A stretch of 64,000 nucleotides of DNA from Patescibacteria group bacterium (lineage in GTDB: Bacteria; Patescibacteriota; Patescibacteriia; Patescibacteriales; UBA12075), in assembly GCA_018897195.1 (NCBI GenBank), contig JAHILH010000001.1:156565-220564 (forward strand). Reading direction: 5' to 3'. Each line of letters starts with the position of its first letter. The stretch's first letter is position 1. Positions 52,997 through 61,565 of the stretch are shown one piece after another. Position numbers and translations under genes: made by a program. Under the pieces are notes generated by a model, which searched no databases, was not told where the DNA came from, and saw only the letters and a program-made list of their open reading frames with translations.

Positions 52997-53617
52997 TTAT
53001 ATAGTCAGGGTAATTTTTTTAAATAATTTATAGTGCCAAGGATACATTGATAACAGGATTAATGACTGAAAAATATCTACCGTGTCTGGCGTTTTTCCAG
53101 TGGTGTATGATAGAGTATAAAAAATTATCGGAAAAAGAAAAATAATAATCTCGTCATTGATGATTTTATTTAAGGTTAGGCCTATGGAATTATTATTGCC
53201 ATCATTTCTCAATAAAAATAAATGCCACAACGTCATGGCAATAAAAATAAAAAATACCTGTATTAAATCATCTCGTAGAAATTTACCCATGGCAATGGGC
53301 AGTGCTGCGTTTACAACTGCGACTAATAATACTGCGGCGATGTCTTTCCGTTTTTCTTTTACTGTTACGTAAACAACAATTTCGTTGGTATCACTGTTGT
53401 TGTCATTGTTTATATTATTTTTTTTCTTTAGCTTCCTTTTGTGCTTGAAAAAAAATATAAAAAAAATTGAGAAGATTGCGAGGGGTACTAATGACTTCAG
53501 GATGGCGGTAAAAGTCTCAAATCTATCACCTACGATAAAAAAAGTTATAAAAAAAATAACAACGACGATTAGGAAGGCATAATTTAAAAAATCTATTAAA
53601 ACATCTTTGGCGTTCAT
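52997..53617 (-). CDS. polytopic membrane protein, unknown function
   Basis: 206 aa with about 5 TM segments and a Lys/Asn-rich loop. Confidence 0.5.
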   Translation of the reverse strand: MNAKDVLIDFLNYAFLIVVVIFFITFFIVGDRFETFTAILKSLVPLAIFSIFFIFFFKHKRKLKKKNNINNDNNSDTNEIVVYVTVKEKRKDIAAVLLVAVVNAALPIAMGKFLRDDLIQVFFIFIAMTLWHLFLLRNDGNNNSIGLTLNKIINDEIIIFLFPIIFYTLSYTTGKTPDTVDIFQSLILLSMYPWHYKLFKKITLTI

Positions 53618-53665
53618 ATATTATTTTCGGTCAAGGAGTTTAAATACTTCAACCATGCAAAACCC

Positions 53666-53995
53666 CTATGGTTTGATATTATTAATGGCAATATTTTTTA
53701 CTATCTTTGTCATTTCTCTTTCCATTTTTTCTTGTCGAAGGCGAATACGAAAAACAAAGTAAAACAAAATTATCACCGAGATGTAAAGCAAAACATTAAT
53801 ACCAGAACTGGAGAAGCCGAAGCTAGCTACTAATTCGTCGACAAGTCGAAGATTTAGAATTATTATCCCAGCGACAAACCAGAAAACAAACCAAAATAAA
53901 AATTCCCGCGAATCAATTTGTTTTTTCTTTTTCTGCCAAACAAGTCTAAATAAGAAAAAAAAGATAACGGCGATGGCGATGTATTGTTGTAACAT
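53666..53995 (-). CDS. DUF2304-like small membrane protein
   Basis: 109 aa. The topology and REFLFWFVFW motif match my recollection of DUF2304, which often sits beside GT2 genes. Confidence 0.55.
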   Translation of the reverse strand: MLQQYIAIAVIFFFLFRLVWQKKKKQIDSREFLFWFVFWFVAGIIILNLRLVDELVASFGFSSSGINVLLYISVIILFYFVFRIRLRQEKMEREMTKIVKNIAINNIKP

Positions 53996-54005
53996 ATTTT
54001 TATAG

Positions 54006-54668
54006 TTAATCTAATAATTTTGCCAAAAGCAAGTCCTTGATGATGCGAATGCCGCCGCCGAAGCTTTGACCAAATTCATCGTAGATTACTGTTATTGGCA
54101 CCTCCTTAATTCTTAATTTATTTTTAAAAGCTTTATAGATAATTTCACTGCAATGAGCCATTCCTCTTTGTGTGATGATTATTTCTTGCAAGGCTTTCCT
54201 GTTTAGGGCACGAAAACCGCCTTGTGGGTCTGATAGCGTTCGGCCTAGAATAATCTTGTTCACTAAATGCGCTAAAGGCATGATAATGAATTCTTTCCAA
54301 AATGGTAATTTTGATTTTTTGCCTAAAAATCTGGAACCGAAGACGATATCACATTCGTTGTTAATAAGCGGCTGAATCACCTCTTTTATTTCTGTTGCCA
54401 AGAATTGTCCGTCGGCGTCAAAGTGAACGACGATGTCGGCACCATTCAACAATGCGAATTCGTTGCCTGTTTGTAGCGCAGCGCCCTGGCCTCTGTTTAT
54501 TATGTGTCTAAGGACGATCGCATTGGTTTTTTTTAAAACCTCTACTGTTTGATCAATTGAACCGTCATCAACTACAACAACATTGTCGACATATTTTGCC
54601 GCCTCATTAACAACGTCTAATATTTTCTTTTCTTCATTCCACGCTGGAATAACGCAAAATATTTTCAT
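54006..54668 (-). CDS. GT2-family glycosyltransferase (polyprenol-phosphate sugar transferase-like)
   Basis: Motifs VIPAWNEE, VVVDDGSIDQT and DADGQ (DxD). Confidence 0.85.
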   Translation of the reverse strand: MKIFCVIPAWNEEKKILDVVNEAAKYVDNVVVVDDGSIDQTVEVLKKTNAIVLRHIINRGQGAALQTGNEFALLNGADIVVHFDADGQFLATEIKEVIQPLINNECDIVFGSRFLGKKSKLPFWKEFIIMPLAHLVNKIILGRTLSDPQGGFRALNRKALQEIIITQRGMAHCSEIIYKAFKNKLRIKEVPITVIYDEFGQSFGGGIRIIKDLLLAKLLD

Positions 54669-54672
54669 AATT

Positions 54673-55683
54673 TTAAAATCCTATAATTCCTTTTTTAGCT
54701 CTAAGATCGTCTATTGTTTTATGTAATCCAGTATCAAGTGTGATAATCGGCAACCAGCCAAGTTCATTTCTTGCTTTGGTTAAATCTGGTAGACACAAAG
54801 GCTTCATAAAGAGCACCTCTTCGGCATAAACGATTTTTGACTTTGATTTTACCGCCTCGATTACCTTTCCAGCAAAAGAGGTTAGATTGACCTTAACATC
54901 AGAGCCAATATTCATTGGGCCATAAAACTTAGAAGACATCATCTTGATAGCAGCATCAATGCAGTCACTTACATAGCAAAATGATGATGAAAAATTGGCA
55001 TCACCTTGAATGATTAAGTCTTTATCGTCAAGGGCATTGGTTATAAAATCTGGAATCATTTGGTCATCGCCTAGTGGCATTCTTGGACCAAAGGTTCTAA
55101 ATATTCTAATAATCTTGGCGTCAATGCCGTATTCTTCACGATAATTCATTACCATTGTTTCAGCAAATCTTTTTCCTTCATCATAAACAGCGCGTTCGGA
55201 GAGGTGATCAATTTTGCCGACGTAATTTTCAGGTATTTTTTGCTCAAAATCATCAAAAAGTCCATAAACAACCGATGATGAAAAGTGTAGAAATTTTGCT
55301 CCATACTGAACCGCTAAATCTAGGGCATTCTTGACGCCATGAGAATTTACCAAAAGAGTTTCTATTTTATTTCTATTGAAATTTTTGACAGACATCGGGC
55401 AGGCTAAATTATAAATTTCTTGAATACCTTGAAATTCTAGCTTGAATTTTTGCAACTCAGGATACTCTTCCAGGACGATTGTCTTTGTTATGTCATGATT
55501 GATAAATTCAAAATCAGGGTTGGCTAAAAGATGATCAATATTTTTTTCTTGTCCACTGGAAAAGTTGTCGATACAAATTACTTTAGCATCTTTCAGTAAT
55601 TCATCACAAAGATGCGAGCCTATGAAGCCGGCGCCACCAATAACTAAAACATTTTTTTTATCAAATATAGCCCTCTTTGTCAT
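54673..55683 (-). CDS. SDR-family NAD-dependent sugar-nucleotide dehydratase/decarboxylase (UXS-like)
   Basis: Motifs GGAGFIGSHLCDEL and YDEGKRFAE (YxxxK). 336 aa. Confidence 0.85.
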   Translation of the reverse strand: MTKRAIFDKKNVLVIGGAGFIGSHLCDELLKDAKVICIDNFSSGQEKNIDHLLANPDFEFINHDITKTIVLEEYPELQKFKLEFQGIQEIYNLACPMSVKNFNRNKIETLLVNSHGVKNALDLAVQYGAKFLHFSSSVVYGLFDDFEQKIPENYVGKIDHLSERAVYDEGKRFAETMVMNYREEYGIDAKIIRIFRTFGPRMPLGDDQMIPDFITNALDDKDLIIQGDANFSSSFCYVSDCIDAAIKMMSSKFYGPMNIGSDVKVNLTSFAGKVIEAVKSKSKIVYAEEVLFMKPLCLPDLTKARNELGWLPIITLDTGLHKTIDDLRAKKGIIGF

Positions 55684-55709
55684 ATATTTTTATATAAAGT
55701 TTAAATAAA

Positions 55710-57824
55710 TTATAATTCAATTGCTGCGACTGAAACTCCGCCATTAAAACTTTCCTCATAGGCATAAAAAGAGGAAACCAGCGTACCGTTGTCGTCGAAA
55801 GCTCTGACATGTGGAGCGCCACCAGGCCCAGTCCCTGTGATAATTTCTTTTTGACCATCATAATCAATATCTGCCAAGGAAATATTTACACCACCCTTGA
55901 ATTGCTCAGCATAGGCAAAAAATTGGCCATGTAGCTTGAAGTGATTGTCAAAGATTTTTATTTGCGGTCCACCACCCTTTCCTGGCGCTGTTATAATCAT
56001 TGAACGGGCATTTCGGACGCTATCATTGAATGCTCCAACCGCGACGTTTACACCGCCTCTGAATTTTTTATCATAAGCAAAGTATTGTCCTTTTAACTGT
56101 CCGTTGTTGTTAAAAATACGTACCTGTGGTCCACCGCCGACGCCAGCACCTGTTACTATTTCAGATATACCATCACCATCAAGGTCGCCAGCTGCGACAT
56201 TTACACCACCTCTGAAATTTTTGTCATAGGCAAAAAATTGCCTTTTTAATTCGCCTTTATGATTAAAAACTCTAATGTGCGGTCCGCCACCAATACCAGC
56301 GCCGACTACAATCTCCGAAAATCCATCACCATCAATATCTGAAACTACTACATTTACACCACCTTTAAACTTCTTATCAAAAGCATAAAATTCTTTTTTT
56401 AATTTACCATCACTGCTAAAGATTTTTACATGAGGACTGTTTCCAGTATTTGCGCTAACGATAATTTCAGATAAACCATCTCCGTTGACATCGCCGGTTG
56501 CGACATTGACGCCACCCTTGAAATTTTGATCAAAGGCAAAAAATTTATTTAAAATTTTTCCATCTTTGTCTGTCAATAATATCTCACCATTTTTTCCCGA
56601 TAGCGGGCCAATAACTAAATCAACATTCTTTTTTTGAGAAATATCAAGTACGTTATTAATGGCAGCGTAAACGTTTAGTCTGCCGCTCCCAAGTTTACCG
56701 ATATAGTTTGGGTTTAAATTATCAATATTATCTGTATTTTTTAGCAATGCGTTAACCACCTCACTTCTTGATAGGTGCGGATTGGCTGCCTCAATCAAAG
56801 CAACTGCTCCGGAAACCATAGGCACAGCCATTGAAGTTCCAGCCCAGTAGCCATCATAATTATTGTTAAAAACAGTTGAGCCTGGTTTATTTACAGCAGT
56901 ACTAAAAATACTAATACCTGGTGCGGAAATATCAATGCACCTACTGCCATAGCCTGAAAAATTTGCTTTTTGATCAAGTGAATCAGTTGCCGCAACACCG
57001 ATTACCATGTTTTCACCATTTTTACCATCGTAGCAAACGGGATATAGTGGCTCTTTGTCTAAAAAATGGCTACTATCACCTTCCATGTCATTGCCAGCTG
57101 CGGCCACGACCACAATACCGGCGTTATAGGCTCGCCTAATAGCGTCTTCTAGGATTGAGCTGTATCCAGCGCCAACAAAGCTTAAGTTGATAATATCAGC
57201 TCCGTTTTTAATTGCATAATCAATCGCCCTAACAACGCTCTTTGTATTTCCCTCTCCCTTGCCATTTAAAACACGCAGGGGCATAATCTTGGCATTCCAG
57301 GCAACACCAGTAATGCCTAAGAAGTTATTACCACCGGCAGCGGCAACACCTGCTACAACTGTTCCGTGCATGATGCCGTCCTTGGTATAGCCTTCGTCGT
57401 ATTTAGGATTTGGGTCTGAGTTGTTTTCAACGAAGTCCCAACCATTATAATCATCAATAAACCCATTACCATCATCATCTCTATTATTTTTGGGCACCTC
57501 GCCGGAATTAATCCAGATATTATCTTTAAGGTCTGGGTGATTAATTTGTACCCCTGAATCAATAACGGCAATAATAATACTACTAGCATCCCAATGCTCG
57601 TCCCATGTTTCCACAGCCTTAATTCTTTTTAAATACCACTGCTTATCAAAATAAGGGTCGGACGGAACAGTGCTGGCCCTATAGATGTTAACATCGTCTT
57701 TTTCGGTAAACTTAATCTCAAAATCTGCTGTTTTATTAGCTAAAACCGCAGAAGGATAAAAAAAGTTACCGGCAATGCTAGCCAGCAAAAATAAAATAAA
57801 AAAAGATGATATTTTTTTTCTCAT
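55710..57824 (-). CDS. secreted S8 subtilisin-like protease with C-terminal FG-GAP-like repeats
   Basis: Signal peptide from ATG 57824 (MRKKISSFFILFLLASIAG). Catalytic triad motifs AVIDSGV, HGTVVAG and GTSMAVP. About 5.5 repeats of roughly 50 aa follow (F.AYDKKFRGGVNVA.GD.DGDG.SEI..G.G.GGGP.V.IF). Confidence 0.88.
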   Translation of the reverse strand: MRKKISSFFILFLLASIAGNFFYPSAVLANKTADFEIKFTEKDDVNIYRASTVPSDPYFDKQWYLKRIKAVETWDEHWDASSIIIAVIDSGVQINHPDLKDNIWINSGEVPKNNRDDDGNGFIDDYNGWDFVENNSDPNPKYDEGYTKDGIMHGTVVAGVAAAGGNNFLGITGVAWNAKIMPLRVLNGKGEGNTKSVVRAIDYAIKNGADIINLSFVGAGYSSILEDAIRRAYNAGIVVVAAAGNDMEGDSSHFLDKEPLYPVCYDGKNGENMVIGVAATDSLDQKANFSGYGSRCIDISAPGISIFSTAVNKPGSTVFNNNYDGYWAGTSMAVPMVSGAVALIEAANPHLSRSEVVNALLKNTDNIDNLNPNYIGKLGSGRLNVYAAINNVLDISQKKNVDLVIGPLSGKNGEILLTDKDGKILNKFFAFDQNFKGGVNVATGDVNGDGLSEIIVSANTGNSPHVKIFSSDGKLKKEFYAFDKKFKGGVNVVVSDIDGDGFSEIVVGAGIGGGPHIRVFNHKGELKRQFFAYDKNFRGGVNVAAGDLDGDGISEIVTGAGVGGGPQVRIFNNNGQLKGQYFAYDKKFRGGVNVAVGAFNDSVRNARSMIITAPGKGGGPQIKIFDNHFKLHGQFFAYAEQFKGGVNISLADIDYDGQKEIITGTGPGGAPHVRAFDDNGTLVSSFYAYEESFNGGVSVAAIEL

Positions 57825-57878
57825 AACATCTTTATTATAACACATTAAAAAAGTATTTGGCAATGTTGTTTTTGTTAT

Positions 57879-59162
57879 CTAATTATTGATTATTTCTTGT
57901 AGTGTTTCTTCGGCACATTTTTTCCAGCCAAAACTTTTAACCCTTTCTTTTCCATTAATGATTAACTCTTCTCTAAGATCTTTATTGTTTGCAACCTCAT
58001 CCATGGCCTCGGCAATCGATTTAACGTATTGAGGATTAAATAATCTGGCGGCATTCTCTACTACCTCGGGAATAGAGGAGATGTTGGATGCGATAATTGG
58101 TGTTCCGCAAGCCATCGCCTGTAGTAATGGAATCCCAAACCCCTCGTAAACTGAAGGAAAAATAAATGCTAGGGCCCCACTGTACAGCGCGGGTAAATCC
58201 CCTTCGTTAACCCAGCCTGGAATTATTACGTCGTGCTCAAGGGCAAATTCTCTAATCATATAATTAACCTCGTCAAAGCCGTAACTAGCACTTCCAATTA
58301 AGACTAATTTGATATTTTTATTTTCAGGATTATCGCGCATGATTGCAAAAGCTTCAATCAGGGCTGCGATATTTTTCTTTTTTTCAATTCTTCCAACGTA
58401 TAAAAAATATTGATCTCTGATTCCGTATTTCTTGAGAATATTATCAACCGTGCCCTGTTCGCTACACTTGGCATATAAAGTTTCATTATACCCATTGTGA
58501 ACTACTTTTATTTTGCTTTCGTTAACTTTATATTGATCGATAATTTCTGCTTTGCTAAAATGAGAAACAGTTATGATTTTTTTGGCGTGTTTTAGGGCAT
58601 AGGCTGTTGTCCAACGTAGGTAATCAAGTGTGTTGGCGCGATATTTCCCCATGGTAAAGAGAAGGGCCAGGCCGTTTAATATTTTTCTGATTTTTTTATT
58701 TGCTGGACCAATATTTTCTGTCTTGTAGATATTACTGGTTTTATCAAAACCAATATCATGAATGGTGACAACGGATTTTTTAGGATGAATTACTGGTAGA
58801 GCGTGCGAGGGGATAAATAAAACGTCCGGTTTCTTGATTAGCATTTCCAGTGACAATCGACCCTGGGTCCAGAAGAATTGAAAAGGCCATTTCAGGATTT
58901 TGCCGTGAAAATTATTATGAGGACTTTTTATTTCTTGGTATCCATTTTTGAGGACTTCTGCCTTTTCGACGATGTCGGTATTGTAATCAAAGTTTTCATT
59001 CGTTAAATCCAAAAGACCACCAGTTAGCGGTCTGTCGGTATATAATATGTACTGGTTTTCCTTGTCTATTTGGGCAAAGTGCCTAATCAAACTATACGCA
59101 TACCACTCTGTCCCAGTCTTTCTGATTTTGTTTGCCCTGCTAGCATCAATGCCTATTAACAT
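57879..59162 (-). CDS. GT4-family glycosyltransferase
   Basis: [29 protein letters not shown] is the E-x7-E region. 427 aa. Confidence 0.85.
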   Translation of the reverse strand: MLIGIDASRANKIRKTGTEWYAYSLIRHFAQIDKENQYILYTDRPLTGGLLDLTNENFDYNTDIVEKAEVLKNGYQEIKSPHNNFHGKILKWPFQFFWTQGRLSLEMLIKKPDVLFIPSHALPVIHPKKSVVTIHDIGFDKTSNIYKTENIGPANKKIRKILNGLALLFTMGKYRANTLDYLRWTTAYALKHAKKIITVSHFSKAEIIDQYKVNESKIKVVHNGYNETLYAKCSEQGTVDNILKKYGIRDQYFLYVGRIEKKKNIAALIEAFAIMRDNPENKNIKLVLIGSASYGFDEVNYMIREFALEHDVIIPGWVNEGDLPALYSGALAFIFPSVYEGFGIPLLQAMACGTPIIASNISSIPEVVENAARLFNPQYVKSIAEAMDEVANNKDLREELIINGKERVKSFGWKKCAEETLQEIINN

Positions 59163-59172
59163 AAAATTTGTT

Positions 59173-60348
59173 TTAATTTAATTCACCAAGGATAATTGAA
59201 ACATTTTCCCTTTTATCGTTTCTTAAATAAATAACATCAATTACTTGTCCTGGTTTGTAGCCACCAATCATATCATTTAACTGATTATTTTTATCAATGT
59301 TAACTCCGTTAATTGATATTATAATATCCCCAATTTTTAATTTGGCAATATCGGCGGGACTGGATTTCTTAATAGCAATGCCTTTCTCATTGGCAGTTAT
59401 CAAGGCCCCATTTTCCGGGTATTTGTTATCAACTGATTTGACTAGGGCGGATAAATTAATATAATTAACGCCTAGGCTAGATTTTTTTATTAAACTCTTA
59501 TCAAGTAAGCAGTTGATGCATGAAATATAGTTACCGATAAAACCAACCGAGCCGTCGTTGTTGATAAAGGCAAGCAGGTTGCCACTTAAATCAAATAAGA
59601 ACGATCCATGAAAGATTGGATTAGGGTTGCTCGCTAAGGTTATTTTTTTGAAGTAATCATCACTGGAAGTAATTGCATTATCCTTTTTGTCTGATTTCGA
59701 TATTATGGTTGAAACCCACACCGACTCGTTCCAGTTTACCGCCATTACCATTTGCCCATTTGCTATATCATTATTCGATACAAAAACATGTACTGGCAAA
59801 TCTTTAGCATTAACTTTCCAGAATGAGTAAGCTAAGTCTTTATCAATTACAATATTTTCAACATTGAATATTTTTTTATCCTTTGTGATAATTACATAGG
59901 TGTCAAAAAGCTCTTTTGTAGTTGAGGCAGTTTTCTTTTTATCTTCAACAATCTCCTTGGGCAAGTAGCCACTCATTACCCAGCCGTCACTAGTGATAAC
60001 AAATCCTTGTCCCAAGACGTTATCAACTTTATAATAATCTGCCATGGAAAAGTTATTGTTGTTTGGTGTCGAGGTGGCTATTTTTTTGAAAACGCCGACT
60101 ATTCCATTTTTAACACTATTTGAAGTTTCGATTATTTTTTCATTTTGTTCGACAACTACTTTGCTGGGATTGCTGATGACTAAATTTTTGCCGTCTACAA
60201 CCGAATTCCTGATGTTAATATCGCCCAACATTGGAATATTAAAGGCATTGTCCATTAAATAAGTTCGAGAAATGATTTGACCAACCACACCCCCACTTAA
60301 ACCAAAAAAAACTGCTATTAATATAATGATAATCAGCTTGTTGTTCAT
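59173..60348 (-). CDS. HtrA-like trypsin-fold + PDZ protein, apparently lacking catalytic His and Ser
   Basis: N-terminal TM. GQGFVITSDGWVMSGYLP stands where GSGF...TNxHV is expected. NPIFHGSFLFDLSGNLLAFIN stands where GNSGGPL...G..IGIN is expected. The PDZ is clear (IGDIIISINGVNI). Confidence 0.7.
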   Translation of the reverse strand: MNNKLIIIILIAVFFGLSGGVVGQIISRTYLMDNAFNIPMLGDINIRNSVVDGKNLVISNPSKVVVEQNEKIIETSNSVKNGIVGVFKKIATSTPNNNNFSMADYYKVDNVLGQGFVITSDGWVMSGYLPKEIVEDKKKTASTTKELFDTYVIITKDKKIFNVENIVIDKDLAYSFWKVNAKDLPVHVFVSNNDIANGQMVMAVNWNESVWVSTIISKSDKKDNAITSSDDYFKKITLASNPNPIFHGSFLFDLSGNLLAFINNDGSVGFIGNYISCINCLLDKSLIKKSSLGVNYINLSALVKSVDNKYPENGALITANEKGIAIKKSSPADIAKLKIGDIIISINGVNIDKNNQLNDMIGGYKPGQVIDVIYLRNDKRENVSIILGELN

Positions 60349-60392
60349 ATTTTTTTATAATTTATTTTATTTAAAATTTAATTTTTAAATTC

Positions 60393-61154
60393 CTAGATCC
60401 ATCGCGCCGTCAAAAGAGCTATTGAGACACTTATTAATCCAAAAATAAGATACATTTTAACCTTTTCCTTGCTTAAGTTTCCAAATAGATAGAATCTAAT
60501 CAACCCAATTAAAACATAAAAACTAATCGTTAATATAAGTCCTAAAATATAGTAGCTTAATGTTAAAAAAGAGATCCCCCAGGCTAATTCTAGCACAATC
60601 AAACTTAATAGCAAGCTATAAAAAAAGCTTGTTTGTTTGTTAATTTCACCAGACCAGGATATTTGAAAAACGATTAAAAATACAACTCCGGCTAGAAGTA
60701 TTATTAATTTCCAAATAGCGATGTCGAGAAAAAGCTGAAGGCCAAAAAAAGATACTGCCATAAAATAAAAGGCGAGAAAATTACCATAAGTGGATAAGTT
60801 TTCCATCTTTTCCTTTTGAAACAAATCCAGTTTTAAAAAGTGATAATATAACATCTTGAAATAATAATATAAAAAAATCAAATTAACTAAAAATAGAACA
60901 TGAACCACCCATTTATTTATAATAAAAAAAGAAACAAAAACAGAGCCAAAAGTGAATAGAATTGGTAATGAAATCGTATTAATTATGTTATCTTTTTTAC
61001 CTGAAGCATAGGCAAATTGTCTGGCAAGGAAAAAAAATAAAGAAAATATTATCACTAAAATAACAAAAACAGATTTAGGATAAAATGAATATATTTCCAA
61101 GAAGATAAAGGATAAAACCGGGACAATTAATGTTAAAAATTTATTGTATTTCAT
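60393..61154 (-). CDS. polytopic membrane protein, unknown function
   Basis: 253 aa with about 8 TM segments. Confidence 0.55.
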   Translation of the reverse strand: MKYNKFLTLIVPVLSFIFLEIYSFYPKSVFVILVIIFSLFFFLARQFAYASGKKDNIINTISLPILFTFGSVFVSFFIINKWVVHVLFLVNLIFLYYYFKMLYYHFLKLDLFQKEKMENLSTYGNFLAFYFMAVSFFGLQLFLDIAIWKLIILLAGVVFLIVFQISWSGEINKQTSFFYSLLLSLIVLELAWGISFLTLSYYILGLILTISFYVLIGLIRFYLFGNLSKEKVKMYLIFGLISVSIALLTARWI

Positions 61155-61215
61155 ATGATTAATATCATTAGTTTAGCAAAAAATCAAGAAAATTAAAAGG
61201 GTCATCTGTCAAGTT

Positions 61216-61247
61216 AAAAAAAACCGAGCCTTTTTCGCCGGGCCCGG
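61216..61247 (-). terminator. terminator of the hydrogenase-like transcription unit
   Basis: On the minus strand, CCGGGCC pairs with GGCTCGG (plus-strand 61241-61247 and 61224-61230) with one G-U pair. U8 follows. Confidence 0.55.
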
Positions 61248-61272
61248 TGATTTTTGTAAATATGTAAATTGA

Positions 61273-61413
61273 TTATTCGTAGAGAAAGCAGATTTTATTC
61301 CTAGTCTTAACCAAGTAATATCGAGACACTCTTTTGATAAAGAGCTCAAAATTTCCATTATTAGCTATATCAACCAGACGAAGAGAAATGATTGATACAA
61401 ATAATAATTTCAT
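61273..61413 (-). CDS. possible 46-aa ORF downstream of the hydrogenase-like gene
   Basis: My translation: MKLLFVSIISLRLVDIANNGNFELFIKRVSRYYLVKTRNKICFLYE. A weak GAGAGG lies upstream. It is below the ORF-track cutoff. Confidence 0.2.
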   Translation of the reverse strand: MKLLFVSIISLRLVDIANNGNFELFIKRVSRYYLVKTRNKICFLYE

Positions 61414-61565
61414 AAAGCCTCTCAATCATCACTTGGTATCCAAGGAGCAATTTGTAATCTGCTTACATAATTGAATATAGCAATGAAAAATTAAGAAAAG
61501 GTTAAATTTTAAAATTGTTATATTTTTCCCAACATTACGATGGTTATAGAACTACAACTCTGGAT

